The notes: generated from the letters alone by a model not told the origin. DNA of 57,103 bases from Bacillota bacterium (GCA_050261455.1 JBLNDH010000042.1:1-57103); one strand, 5' to 3'. Positions 1 through 9,742 are shown, counted from the first letter of the stretch. Program-made: numbers and translations.

Positions 1-340
1 CGGATCGTAGTCGATGACCAGCCCGCGGACCGTGACATTGCTGCAGCGGCTGACGCTCAGGGCCCGCGTGGTCTCGGTGCAGATCATCTCGACGCCGTCG
101 GCAATGATCTGGAGGTCCTTCAGGTCCCGCAGTACCAGGTGCTGCTGGTTCCTGGGCGTCACGCGGTATCGCCCCGGGCGGCACGACGATGCGCCGGTTG
201 CCGGCCTGGACCTGCTGGTCGATGAAGCCTTGGAGATCGAGGGCGATGCCGTTACCGGGGGTTCCCGCGGGCTGCGTCATCGCCGCCCATGACCCGCCCA
301 ACAGCACGGTTGTCCAAAGGATAGTTTTCAATGTGGCCAT
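1..340 (-). pseudogene. Secreted right-handed beta-helix (pectin-lyase-fold) protein, 5' part. It runs off the window start, and the signal peptide and mature part are in different frames.
   Basis: ATG at 340 gives the signal peptide MATLKTILWTTVLLGGSWAAMTQPAG...RRIVVPPG. After the C4/G4 run at 172-175 the protein-like frame shifts to RYRVTPRNQQHLVLRDLKDLQIIADGVEMICTETTRALSVSRCSNVTVRGLVIDYDP. The original frame turns Arg/Pro-rich. The second frame has no start codon of its own. Confidence 0.5.
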
Positions 341-344
341 CGTG

Positions 345-1868
345 TCATTCCTTGGCTGCCACAACGTCCAACTCGACCGCTGAGACCGAGGCAGGTAGGA
401 AAGACCACAGGTTGGTAACGGGCAGTGCCTTCTGTCGGGGAGCGATCGCCTCAGCTACGTCGCTCCACACCTCCAGTTCCGGATCACAGGCGATTTCGAA
501 CACGTTTCCTGAGCGGATGCTCAGGCCCGCCACGGCCAGTCGGGTTTCGACGGATCGCGTGCGGTGGGTATTCACCACGTGCAGGAAGATCCGATCGCCG
601 CTGCGACTGGCGGTTACGTCCAGGTCCGCAGGGGTATGTGTGACACGAATTGCCTGTTGGCCGACGTGGGCCCGATAGAGGCTCATCACCCGCGCCACCG
701 GCATCATGAACGCCTTTCCACCAGGGACAGGGACCATGACGGCATTGACCGTCCACCGGGTGCCGCAGAAATCGGCGGCGGTGGCGATCTTCAGTACATC
801 GCCGTTGCGGCTGTGGACGTTGAGCAGCCTCGCCATCGACACCCCGGCCGCCCAGGTGGCCAGCAGCGTGCAGCGATTGGGGCCGGGCAGCGCGAAATGG
901 CATTCGGTCAGCGCCAGCGGCAGGCCCGTTCCGCTGGTCTGCTCGCGCATCTGGCGGATTTTCGCCTCGTGCGGCTTGTAGGCATCCATCAGGGCTTGCC
1001 AGGTACGGGCCGGGTCCTTGCGGTACTCGGTGCCCTGCAAGGGTGCGCCGGGGTGGTACATGTGGTGGAAAGCGATGTACTGGAGATGCTCCCCGGCAAT
1101 CTCGATCATCCGTTTTGCCCAGCCACTGTCGCCCCAACCAATCAAGGCGATCTTCGGATCAACTCTGCGCATGGCCTTGGCGAACGCAATGGTCTTCTGG
1201 GCGGCCGTTTCGCAGTCGAAGCCGTTGCGGTCGTAGGAGGTCTCGTTGCCGAGTTGCCAGAGGCGGATCGGACACGGCTCCTTGAGGCCGTGGGCCAGAC
1301 GCATGGCGTTCGCAGGGCTGTTGCAGTAGTCCACCCAGTCGGCGGCTTCTTCGGGGCCTGCCGTGCGGATGCTCCCCTTGGACGTCTTCATCCACCCTTT
1401 GCGCCCATCGGACTCGAAGTTGACGGACATCAGCGGGTCGGCGCCGACCTGGCGGCAGAAGTCAACGAACTCGACGGTGCCGACCTGGTTGCTCTCCATC
1501 CCGCCCCAAAGCAGGTTCTGCATCGGCACGCGCTGATTCCGTGGCCCCACAGCTTCCTTCCAGCGATAGTATGAGCTGAAGCACCCGCCCCAGCGCAAAA
1601 GCGGCGGCGCCAGCCGTCTAGTGACATCGACGACGTCTTCCCGCCAGCAATCCCGATTGAAATCCCACGCGGCTTCCACCGAGCCATCGGTGGTTCCCAG
1701 CGGCTCCATGAACTGCATGTACAGATGCGGCGACAGGTCAAAGGCCGGCTCCGGATTGACTGAAAGCGCCGTCCCCGGCTCGCCGGCCGCGACGACACGC
1801 CTGCCCACCGCCAGAGCCGCGGCTCCGGCCCCGATCGTCTTCAGGACATCACGGCGCGTGGTGCTCAT
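345..1868 (-). CDS. Glycoside hydrolase, clan GH-A, GH51 (alpha-L-arabinofuranosidase)-like, exported
   Basis: 507-aa ORF. Twin-arginine-type signal MSTTRRDVLKTIGAGAAALAV. WQLGNETSYD (LGNE acid/base-type motif) and LALTECHF as candidate nucleophile. TGA stop 5 nt before the next ATG. Confidence 0.75.
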   Translation of the reverse strand: MSTTRRDVLKTIGAGAAALAVGRRVVAAGEPGTALSVNPEPAFDLSPHLYMQFMEPLGTTDGSVEAAWDFNRDCWREDVVDVTRRLAPPLLRWGGCFSSYYRWKEAVGPRNQRVPMQNLLWGGMESNQVGTVEFVDFCRQVGADPLMSVNFESDGRKGWMKTSKGSIRTAGPEEAADWVDYCNSPANAMRLAHGLKEPCPIRLWQLGNETSYDRNGFDCETAAQKTIAFAKAMRRVDPKIALIGWGDSGWAKRMIEIAGEHLQYIAFHHMYHPGAPLQGTEYRKDPARTWQALMDAYKPHEAKIRQMREQTSGTGLPLALTECHFALPGPNRCTLLATWAAGVSMARLLNVHSRNGDVLKIATAADFCGTRWTVNAVMVPVPGGKAFMMPVARVMSLYRAHVGQQAIRVTHTPADLDVTASRSGDRIFLHVVNTHRTRSVETRLAVAGLSIRSGNVFEIACDPELEVWSDVAEAIAPRQKALPVTNLWSFLPASVSAVELDVVAAKE

Positions 1869-1909
1869 GAACAGGACTCCTCATTGCGGGCGAGGCCTGG
1901 AGATGGTCC

Positions 1910-3097
1910 TTATTTACCTTTTGGAAAGACCTGCGTGGCCGTCTTGAGAAACAAATCGCGGGCAGCCCACTGGTCGCCGCTGGTGCACTGCACCATGAAG
2001 ATGGCCACCATTCCCGTCTCGGGATTGACCGACAAATCGGTGCCATAGGCCCCATCGTGGCCAAACATGCCGTTGCGGAGATGATAGCCCAGGCTGTAAT
2101 TGACGTTGGTCGTTCCGGTTTGCTTCTTTTGCAGTTCCTCCATCGCCGCGTGCGACAGGTAGCGCTTGCCATCGAGCTGGCCGTCGTTGGCCAGCATCAG
2201 GCCGTAGCGGAAGATGTCGTGCGTGGTGGAGAAAAGGCCGCCCCCGGCTTCGGGAAAACGGTGGACCTGATCGCTGAGCGGCTTGGTCAGGAAGCCGAGA
2301 TCACCCCGGGTGTAACCATTCTTTTCCTTGTTCGGCCCGTAGGCGCCGGCCAGCCGGGCAATCTGCGCCTCGCTCGGCCAGAAGGTGGTTTCCGTCATTC
2401 CCAGCGGATCGAAGAATCGCTTTTGCAGAAACTCCTCGTAAGGCATGCCGCTGACGATTTCGACGATGCGGGCGGCGATGTTCATGCCTTGATTGCCATA
2501 AGCGTACTTGTCTCCGGGCTGCCATTGGAGCGGACCGGTGACCGAAGCCAGCGCGCGGGCTTTCAGCGGGGTGCTGTCGGAGCCCGTGACCTGCTGAAGC
2601 TCGGACATGCCAGCCAGGCCGCTGGTGTGGCTGAGCACGTGCCGGACCGTGACGGGGCGAACCAGGGGTTTGAGCAGGACATGAGCCCGGTCCTTTTCTT
2701 CAACGACCATCCATCGATCAAGCTGCGGGATGAACTTGGTCACGGGATCGTCCAGGCTGACCTTGCCTTCGTCCACCAGCATCATGATGGAGGCCCCGGC
2801 GAACATTTTGGTCATCGAAGCGATCCAGAAGACGTTGTTCTCGCTGATCGGTTTCCTGGCCTCGACATCCGCATAACCAAGCAAATTCTTGCAGTAAACC
2901 CTTCCGTTCCGGTCGGCAATGATGCCGATGACCCCCGCCAGCTTGTACTGGTCCAGGTAAGGCTGCATGGCCGCCGTGACTTCGGAACTGGCGGGTGGGT
3001 TGTTTTCGGCCGCGAAGGTCGCTGCGGTCAAAACGATCAGCACCAGGCCCAGCGCGACGTTTGTGAGCGGACTTCTCATGCTTCGATTTCCTTTCAT
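1910..3097 (-). CDS. Serine hydrolase of the beta-lactamase / penicillin-binding-protein (class C-like) fold, secreted
   Basis: 395-aa ORF. Signal peptide. SxxK motif in WIASMTKMF and Y-x-N in YAYGNQG. Overall AmpC/esterase-like pattern. Confidence 0.8.
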   Translation of the reverse strand: MKGNRSMRSPLTNVALGLVLIVLTAATFAAENNPPASSEVTAAMQPYLDQYKLAGVIGIIADRNGRVYCKNLLGYADVEARKPISENNVFWIASMTKMFAGASIMMLVDEGKVSLDDPVTKFIPQLDRWMVVEEKDRAHVLLKPLVRPVTVRHVLSHTSGLAGMSELQQVTGSDSTPLKARALASVTGPLQWQPGDKYAYGNQGMNIAARIVEIVSGMPYEEFLQKRFFDPLGMTETTFWPSEAQIARLAGAYGPNKEKNGYTRGDLGFLTKPLSDQVHRFPEAGGGLFSTTHDIFRYGLMLANDGQLDGKRYLSHAAMEELQKKQTGTTNVNYSLGYHLRNGMFGHDGAYGTDLSVNPETGMVAIFMVQCTSGDQWAARDLFLKTATQVFPKGK

Positions 3098-3263
3098 GCG
3101 ATGGTGCTAATAGACCAGCTCACATCATATCAAGGATGGCTGCAATTACTTCGGAAGGCATCCCGAGAAAGTCATCGCCTCCTTTGGCAAGCATATGAAG
3201 TGAGCGTTTGATCGCGAGCGAAAGGGTTTCACGACGGACAAGCGAATGCTCGCCCCTGAGAGT

Positions 3264-4577
3264 TCATTTCTTCTTTGATCGATCTTGGATGGTCTGATCC
3301 AGCCAGGCCAGGTGCGCGGCCGCCCATGTCTTCATTCGCGCGACGTCCTGCTCGAATGTCAGCTGATTCGGGTATCGATTGCGCGTGGCTGCCCAGCGGG
3401 TTGCGTTTCGGCCGGCAGCCGCCGCAATCTCCTTGACGTTGGCCTCGATCATCTTGTGAATGGACTCTGTCGAGAATTGCCTGTCGCGCAGTTGCTGCCA
3501 CCTGGCTGCAAAGCGGTCGCGGTAGTCTGGATCCTCCAGCAGGCGGTCAAACAAGCGGTTTGAGAGCCATAGCTCCGGCGGTAGAGGCGTGGCGTCCCAG
3601 TTCTGTCCAAATACGCCGTCAAAATCCCAGGGGATAAAGAAGAATCGCGCGGGTGAGGCGGCGCTCGGGCGGGGGCGGACCAGGTAGAAGTTCTTGGTGA
3701 TGCCATCGGTATTGGCGGTGACCAGGATCAGCAGGTGAAAGTCAATGGCGTTGTCCAGGTCGAGTTGCGCGGCGATGCCGTTCTGTGGGTTGCGGAACTG
3801 CGCTGCCGGGGCGGTGTGGATGAATTGCGTCAGGTCATCCAATGGCTGCCAATAGGCAAGCAGCGCCGGGTCGGGCACCACTTGCTCGAAGCCGCCATGG
3901 CCGGGCTGGTCGAAACCGGCATCGTGGTTGACTGCCTTGTATACCGCGGTGTGTGCAGCATCCTGCTTGACGTAAGCCGGCAGGCCGGCAAGTTCGTGGT
4001 CCACCTGCTCCATCAGTAGGTAGACACCCTGGTATGTGCCATTCAGGTTCAGCTCAACAAATCGGCTGGAGGCCGCGTAGCGCGGGCGGCCGCGTTCGGA
4101 CAGCGAGCGAAACAGGTCGTATGCGAGCTTATGTCGTATCAATGACCGGTCGATGAACGCGGCGTTGAGGATCCAATGTCGATGGGCGGGCAAGTCCAGC
4201 AAGCCGGTCGGTTTGTGAAGGCACAGTGCGTAGGACTTCTTCGGATAGCTCAGTGATGATGAGCCGCGAAGGCGGACGACGCCCTTGAGCTCTGCCGCTG
4301 CAGCCCGTTCCTGGCCGGTGGACGCCAGAGTCATGGTACACGCCGCGGTCGTATCGCGGGTAAAAGGACCCTTGGCCTCCAGCCAGACCATGGGCAGATC
4401 GGTCGCCCTGGTTGGCGCGGCGAATGGCGCCGGCTGGGCATGCGCTGCTCTGGCGATGGCGCACAGAAGCGTCGCGGCCAGTGCCGCTTGGCGGACGAGG
4501 TTGTAGAAACACGATGATCTATGCTGCGTCATGGTCCTCGCCCGTCGGGGTTCCTTCATGTCCTGGGCGACCTGCAA
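3264..4577 (-). CDS. CotH-family (spore-coat-protein-H-like kinase fold) secreted protein
   Basis: 437-aa ORF (TTG start in the track). Motifs LRGSSSLSYPKKSYAL, HWILNAAFIDRSLIRHKLAYDLF, VELNLNGTYQGVYLLMEQVD and FFFIPWDFDGVFG are typical of CotH. Confidence 0.75.
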   Translation of the reverse strand: MQVAQDMKEPRRARTMTQHRSSCFYNLVRQAALAATLLCAIARAAHAQPAPFAAPTRATDLPMVWLEAKGPFTRDTTAACTMTLASTGQERAAAAELKGVVRLRGSSSLSYPKKSYALCLHKPTGLLDLPAHRHWILNAAFIDRSLIRHKLAYDLFRSLSERGRPRYAASSRFVELNLNGTYQGVYLLMEQVDHELAGLPAYVKQDAAHTAVYKAVNHDAGFDQPGHGGFEQVVPDPALLAYWQPLDDLTQFIHTAPAAQFRNPQNGIAAQLDLDNAIDFHLLILVTANTDGITKNFYLVRPRPSAASPARFFFIPWDFDGVFGQNWDATPLPPELWLSNRLFDRLLEDPDYRDRFAARWQQLRDRQFSTESIHKMIEANVKEIAAAAGRNATRWAATRNRYPNQLTFEQDVARMKTWAAAHLAWLDQTIQDRSKKK

Positions 4578-4651
4578 CGCGATGAGACATCGGCTTCAAG
4601 CGGTCGCCAATAGTCATACCACGATTGGTGCCTGTGCGTTATTTCCACAAG

Positions 4652-5280
4652 ATGGCAAATCGCGTGCGGCTGGGCGCGGGTGCGAAGTTGCTGGCGAAAG
4701 AGGCTTCGGTTGGTTCGCGTGGACGCAGCCATCGCGGAACTCAACATTGTGCCTGGTCGATAGGAGTCATCATATACCGAAGTGCCGCTTTACTGGTTCT
4801 ATTCTTGGCGGGCGTGTCGGCTGCCGCGGAGGTCGTGCCCGGCGAAGACGCTGCGCTTGATGCTTTCTTCCGGGAGTATCTTGAGGCCGGTTTCCAAATG
4901 CGTCCCAGCACGGCCACCGCACTGGGTGATCATCGCTTCGACGATCGGCTCGATGACGTCTCCGCCGGCGCGCGGCTCGGGTGGGCGAAGCAGACCCGCG
5001 AGGCGCTGGACGCCCTGCCGCGGCGGGTGAGCTTCGGCAAGCTGAGCCGGGCGGGGCAGATCGATTACGAGATCCTTGAGCATCACCTGCGGCGATCCCT
5101 CTGGCTGACGGAGCAGTTCAAGCCATTTGTCACCGATCCGCGTAGCTACAGCGGCCTTGTGAGCGGCACGGTCTTCAGCCTGCTGACGCAGTCGACGCTG
5201 CCGTTGGACAAGAACGTTGCCAACTCGGTGGCCAGGATCCGCCAGATTCTGAAAGTGATTGCGGCGGCACGAGAGAGTCT
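4652..5280 (+). pseudogene. DUF885-family protein, N-terminal ~210 aa only (3'-truncated)
   Basis: DAFFREYLEAGFQMRPSTATALGDHRFDDRLDDVSAG...QIDYEILEHHLRRSLWLTEQFKPF matches the DUF885 N-terminus (family length ~580 aa). The similarity stops near 5280, where the antisense integrase scrap begins. The start codon lies unusually far upstream of the signal-like helix. Confidence 0.65.
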
Positions 5281-5461
5281 TGGCGTTCAGCAGTCCGTGA
5301 TCGATGGCATCGTTGAAGAGTTGGCGGGTCTTGTTGACAAAACCGCTCACCGTCGCCGGAGAGTATTCCTTTTCAACTAGCCAGCGGCGGAAGTCCTTCG
5401 CATCGCCCTGGGTGATGGCGGCAGCGGGCTTGTGCTTGAAGAACTCCACACAGCAGCTCAT
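5272..5461 (-). pseudogene. Tyrosine-recombinase N-terminal (SAM-like) domain scrap
   Basis: Minus-strand translation MSCCVEFFKHKPAAAITQGDAKDFRRWLVEKEYSPATVSGFVNKTRQLFNDAIDHGLLNAKTL resembles the integrase core-binding domain. Its ATG overlaps the TGA of the upstream hydrolase (ATGA at 5458-5461). No catalytic domain follows. Confidence 0.5.
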
Positions 5462-8307
5462 TTCTTGGCCGACGGGGAGAATCGCGGGTCGTCCCAGGCG
5501 AAGGGGGCGCGCTGGCCGAGGAAGACGGAGTAGATGTCGTAGTTGGTCTTGATCATCTCCTCGATCATGGGCCTCCAGGGGCGGTCGGCGACGGAGATCA
5601 GGCCAGTGTTGGCGGCCTCGCCGTTGTACTTCTCGAAGAATCGGCCGGTGGCGGCTTGGTCGATGAGGGTGAACCACTCGATGCCGACGACGTAGCCGAG
5701 CGCGGCAGCCTGCTCGACGTAGTGGCGGTAGGCCAGACCGCGGTCGCGCTGGCTGGCGACGTCGTTGCCGCCGCCGGTGAGGCCGCTGTCGGGCGGGGCC
5801 GGGAAATAGAATTCGCTGAAGAACATGGGCTTGTCGCCCATCCAGCCGCGGATGCGGGAGAGCAGGTTGCGATCGAAGCCGTAGCAGTAGTAGTTGAACG
5901 ATACGAGGTCCATGTACTTGCCGCTCAGGCGGCAGAGCGTTTCGTTGTTGATGGTGCCGGGCTGGAAGCGGTTGCCGATGAGCATGTGGTTGCGGTCGTA
6001 CTTGCGATAGGTTTCGGTCACAAGGCGGAAGTAGGCGTCGAGGAAGAGGCCGGTGAACTTCTGCATGTCCTGTTTGGCGGCGGGGGTCTTCACTGGCAGT
6101 CCGCGGGCGGCAACGTCGTCGAAGGAGGCGAGGGTTGTCTGCCAGGCGGCGTTGAAGGCCTCGATGGTCTTGTACTGCTCCTGAAGCATTCTGGCGAGCT
6201 GCTGCTTGCAGGGGTGCGAGCCATCGAGGGCGGCGACGGCGCCGGGGATTTCCTCGTAGAGCGGCTCGTTGGCGAGGAAGTAGCCGATGATGAGCGGATC
6301 GTTGGCTTGCGGGGGGAGCTTCTCGGCGAAGTTCTGTTCGACCTGGGCGCGGACCTTGTCGGAGAAGGGGTCGAAGACGCCGTGGGTGCCGGGAAGGTCG
6401 GGGAAGCCTTCCCAGGTGGAGAGCGGCAGGTGAGCGACGTGGGGGAAGTTCGCCTGGCGGCGGACGACGGCGTCGCCGGCGCCGAACGCGCCGGCGGAGT
6501 TGAAGCCCCACTTGCGGAGGCGCTCGATCATGCGCGTGGTATACGATGCGGGGTCGTAGGACTGGCCGGTCTTGCGGATGGTGTTGGCCAGGTGGAACGA
6601 GGCGGCGAGGGGATTCCAGTAGTCGTTGGGATGCCAGGCGCTCTTGAAGTTGCCTTCGCGGTCGGGAAGCCACTCGTAGATGCGCTCGCGGCCGGCGACG
6701 TAGGTGTAATCATCGGACGGATTCATCGCGCAGACGCCGAGATGGAAGAAGGCGTTGCCTTCGGGATCGACGAGGACCCAGCGGGCGTCCTTCTTCTCAA
6801 CGTGGAAGAAGCCGGTGCGCTGCAAGCCGAGTTTTTCGCGGCTGCCGGGCAGGCCGCCGAAGGAATCGAGCGTGGGCGGCTTGAGGGTGGACAGCCAGGC
6901 GGCTTCGGTCTGGACGTCTTGCCTGAGCTCGTCCTCGCTCTTGACCTTGGCGGGGAAATCGAAGCGCGTGCTCTGGCCGAAGCGATCGACGAGCTTTGGG
7001 GTGTCGGCGGACGGGGCGCCGAGGGTGATCTTGACGCGCATGGGCTCGGCGCCGGTGCGGCAGGGCGCATCAAAGTGCCAGGCGAAGATCTTCCAGCCCC
7101 ACTCGCGGTTGTCGGAGAGCTCCTGGTAGCTGTACTGGGGGATTTCAAGTCTCAGCGTGCCGCCGTCGGCGCTGCGCAGGGCCAGCGAGCCGGCGTTGCC
7201 CTGGAAGATGTGGGGCTTGGCGGGCTTCTGGGCGGGGAATGGCGTCTCGGCGTTGTCGCCGATCTTGTACGAGCCACCGCCGGCGTAGCTGAAGTCGATG
7301 AGCATGGCACCGCGGAGGCTGCGCACGCTGGCCGGGACGTTCACGGGCGTGAGCGTGAGGGTGTTGTCGCTGGGCTGCCAGGCGACGTCGATGCGGGTGT
7401 CGCCGTCAAAGCGGAGGGTGGCGGAATTGCCGGAGACCTTGCGCTCGACCGGCTTGCGGACGTCGTCCCAGCGTTCGCCGACAAACACCGGGTATTCGAG
7501 CTTGAACTGGCCCATGCTGCCAGCCTCGATGGCGAGGCCTTCCTGCGTGAGATGCAGGGAGGTCTTTGGCACTGCGGGCGCGGGCTTGGCGGGGGCGTCC
7601 TTGGACTTGGGCTCGGCTGGCTCATGGTCGGCATCGCCGCCCCAGAGCTTGAAGGTGAACCATGCCTCGGTCTCTTCGCCGCGCGGCATGGCGGTGGTGA
7701 ACACGTAGTCGAAGTTCTCCGAGTTCCACTTGCGGCCGTCCTGGATCTCCTGCCAGCCGTAGGGCAGCGAGATCGTGAACACGCCACCGCGCGGGGTGGT
7801 CAGGGTAAGCGGCTTGGGGTTGCCCTTGAGGACGAACTGCTCGTTGGCGAAGGGATTGGGGAACGGCTTGGCCGGCTCGCCCTTGAGCTGCCACTTGCCG
7901 CCGTCCTTGAACTCGCCGGGGAGGGTCATTTTCATGCGGACGCCGCGGCTGTCGTTGGCGAGGTTGCTGAAGTGCAGCGAGCAGGCGGCGCCGTTGCGCT
8001 CTATGGCGAGCTTTACGGCCTTGGGATACTCGAGGTTGACGGTGTTGCCTTTGACGGCGGCGCTGGTGGGCGCGGTGACGTTCTGGGATTCATCCAGCAG
8101 GGATGGATAGGCCAGCGTCAGTTGGTCGCCGGCGGGCGAGGTGATGACGAAGCCGCTGTTTTCCAAGGTGATGGTCGCTGCTTTGGCGGCCGGGGGTTCG
8201 CCGCCGAGCGACGGCATTGCCAGCCAGGACAGCAGCGGCACCAGAGCGCAAAGCGAGACACGGGCAATGCGAAGCGGAAACTTCATGCGGCAATCCTTCT
8301 GAGACAT
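5458..8307 (-). CDS. Large secreted glycoside hydrolase-like protein with a clan GH-A TIM barrel in the C-terminal half (GH50/GH42-like by recollection)
   Basis: 949-aa ORF. Signal MKFPLRIARVSLCALVPLLSWLAMPSLG (alternative ATG at 8286). GYFLANEPLYEE (NEP acid/base-type motif). FFSEFYF as candidate nucleophile. WGFNSAGAFG. Confidence 0.8.
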   Translation of the reverse strand: MSQKDCRMKFPLRIARVSLCALVPLLSWLAMPSLGGEPPAAKAATITLENSGFVITSPAGDQLTLAYPSLLDESQNVTAPTSAAVKGNTVNLEYPKAVKLAIERNGAACSLHFSNLANDSRGVRMKMTLPGEFKDGGKWQLKGEPAKPFPNPFANEQFVLKGNPKPLTLTTPRGGVFTISLPYGWQEIQDGRKWNSENFDYVFTTAMPRGEETEAWFTFKLWGGDADHEPAEPKSKDAPAKPAPAVPKTSLHLTQEGLAIEAGSMGQFKLEYPVFVGERWDDVRKPVERKVSGNSATLRFDGDTRIDVAWQPSDNTLTLTPVNVPASVRSLRGAMLIDFSYAGGGSYKIGDNAETPFPAQKPAKPHIFQGNAGSLALRSADGGTLRLEIPQYSYQELSDNREWGWKIFAWHFDAPCRTGAEPMRVKITLGAPSADTPKLVDRFGQSTRFDFPAKVKSEDELRQDVQTEAAWLSTLKPPTLDSFGGLPGSREKLGLQRTGFFHVEKKDARWVLVDPEGNAFFHLGVCAMNPSDDYTYVAGRERIYEWLPDREGNFKSAWHPNDYWNPLAASFHLANTIRKTGQSYDPASYTTRMIERLRKWGFNSAGAFGAGDAVVRRQANFPHVAHLPLSTWEGFPDLPGTHGVFDPFSDKVRAQVEQNFAEKLPPQANDPLIIGYFLANEPLYEEIPGAVAALDGSHPCKQQLARMLQEQYKTIEAFNAAWQTTLASFDDVAARGLPVKTPAAKQDMQKFTGLFLDAYFRLVTETYRKYDRNHMLIGNRFQPGTINNETLCRLSGKYMDLVSFNYYCYGFDRNLLSRIRGWMGDKPMFFSEFYFPAPPDSGLTGGGNDVASQRDRGLAYRHYVEQAAALGYVVGIEWFTLIDQAATGRFFEKYNGEAANTGLISVADRPWRPMIEEMIKTNYDIYSVFLGQRAPFAWDDPRFSPSAKK

Positions 8308-8320
8308 CGAGCCGTAGGGT

Positions 8321-8722
8321 CTATTTTGTTCGCCAAGTTACAGCGACCGGCGACGGCGAGGGGATAGCATCGACAAGGATGCGGCCGGCGTCAACGGTGA
8401 GCGTCAGCGGAGTTGCATCGCCTTCACGCCGGGCTTCGGCGGAGACAACATCCTTGGCGTCGATTACAATGGTGAGGGGAACACAGAAGAGCTTCGGGTC
8501 GAGGTCGGATGCGAGCGTGAATAAGACGCCGTTCTGGAGCCTGCGGACAGTGAGACGGGCGGCGTCTCGCTCTTTGACGTAGCGGCCGACGTTGCCGAAG
8601 GTATCGACCCAGAGGCGGCCCTGGAGCTTCTGGACCTAGGCCAGGTGCTGGTCGAGCACCGCGGCGCTGGGGAAGGCGGCGTAGCCGTTTTCGATGGCGT
8701 GGAGCATGGGGTCGGTCACCAT
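8321..8722 (-). pseudogene. Unknown ~133-codon reading frame interrupted by an in-frame TAG
   Basis: ATG at 8722, then MVTDPMLHAIENGYAAFPSAAVLDQHLA, then TAG (8636-8638), then VQKLQGRLWVDTFGNVGRYVKERDAARLTVRRLQNGVLFTLASDLDPKLFCVPLTIVIDAKDVV... to the stop at 8321-8323. Third-position GC bias is strong throughout. There is no start codon after the TAG. Confidence 0.4.
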
Positions 8723-8782
8723 TCATGGGGAAGCCCAGAAGACCTCGTCGGTCATCGCCAACCTCCGCCTTCTGCCCGATTC

Positions 8783-9742
8783 TCAAAAGCGCATGAAGAA
8801 GTCCCATGTCTCTTCGGCAATCCAGTTGACACTAGATCCGGGATCCCGAGCATTGTCCGTGTGCCCGCCTACGAAGGAGCCGAATATCACGGGATATTCC
8901 TCCGGACACCCCTTGAACTCGGTGGTGAGATGTATGGGGGCGGTGGCGATGGGGATTTCAGGCAGTTCTTTGATCCCGTTGTCTGCGAGGTGCGTCAGGA
9001 CGCAATATTTCCCGCCTTGTTTACGCGCATCCGAGTTGATCCACCTGCAAGTGTCGTCACTGGTGCCGGTCGTGCTATAGAACGCAATGGGTTCGTGCTT
9101 GTTGGTCGGAAGATAGATATTCCAATTGGCCGGGGCATAACAGGCAACGGCACGCAGATCTTTCTGGAAATCCAAAGAGAGCGAGTAGGTGACCATCGCG
9201 CCAAAGCTGAAACCGCAGCAAAATATGCGTGAGGTATCCACGCTCAGCTTATCCTTGAACAGTGCGAGCATGTCCGCAAAGAAGATGTGGTCCTTATCAT
9301 CTCTCATCCGCCAGGGCGAACGGTCGGTGTATCCCTCGGGCGCCACGAAGATGACGGGGACATTATCCCGTTCCGCATAGGTCTTGAGTCCGTAAAACTT
9401 GTCATTCACCATCGTGTTCATGTGCCCGCCCATCATGTGCATGGCAAAAATCAACCGGTGGGGTTTGTTCTTGTCGTAATTGGCGGGAATGTCGATGGTG
9501 TATTGGCGGCTAAGACCGGCGCTCGTAATCGTGTAGGTTCCGCTCTTAAAATCGCCGAGCTCTTTGCCACAACCGGCGCTCGGGACGGGGGCGTTCTTCA
9601 ACTTACGAGAGTCTGGAATGGATGATGAGGCCTGCTCCGCCGCCCGCGACCGCTGCATCGGGACCACGAGAAGACTCAATCCCACCAGCAAACCAATGCC
9701 CGCTCTTAATAGAAGACGTCCCGAACTGGCGATCAACATCAC
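8783..9742 (-). CDS. Secreted alpha/beta-hydrolase esterase (CE1 / PHB-depolymerase-type, feruloyl/acetyl-xylan esterase-like)
   Basis: 319-aa ORF. Signal peptide. Nucleophile elbow GFSFG in IFCCGFSFGAMVTY. HRLIFAMHMMGGHMN is consistent with an oxyanion region. Confidence 0.75.
   Translation of the reverse strand: MMLIASSGRLLLRAGIGLLVGLSLLVVPMQRSRAAEQASSSIPDSRKLKNAPVPSAGCGKELGDFKSGTYTITSAGLSRQYTIDIPANYDKNKPHRLIFAMHMMGGHMNTMVNDKFYGLKTYAERDNVPVIFVAPEGYTDRSPWRMRDDKDHIFFADMLALFKDKLSVDTSRIFCCGFSFGAMVTYSLSLDFQKDLRAVACYAPANWNIYLPTNKHEPIAFYSTTGTSDDTCRWINSDARKQGGKYCVLTHLADNGIKELPEIPIATAPIHLTTEFKGCPEEYPVIFGSFVGGHTDNARDPGSSVNWIAEETWDFFMRF

Noticed and set aside
4799-6673. 624-aa minus-strand ORF
   Set aside because: Extremely Arg/Pro-rich low-complexity translation, antisense to the DUF885 fragment and out of frame with the overlapping same-strand 949-aa hydrolase gene. 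Only its 5461-5272 portion (the integrase scrap) looks like real protein sequence.
5656-8367. 903-aa plus-strand ORF
   Set aside because: Gly/Ala/Val/Glu-rich shadow frame antisense to the well-supported 949-aa hydrolase gene. This is typical of high-GC DNA.
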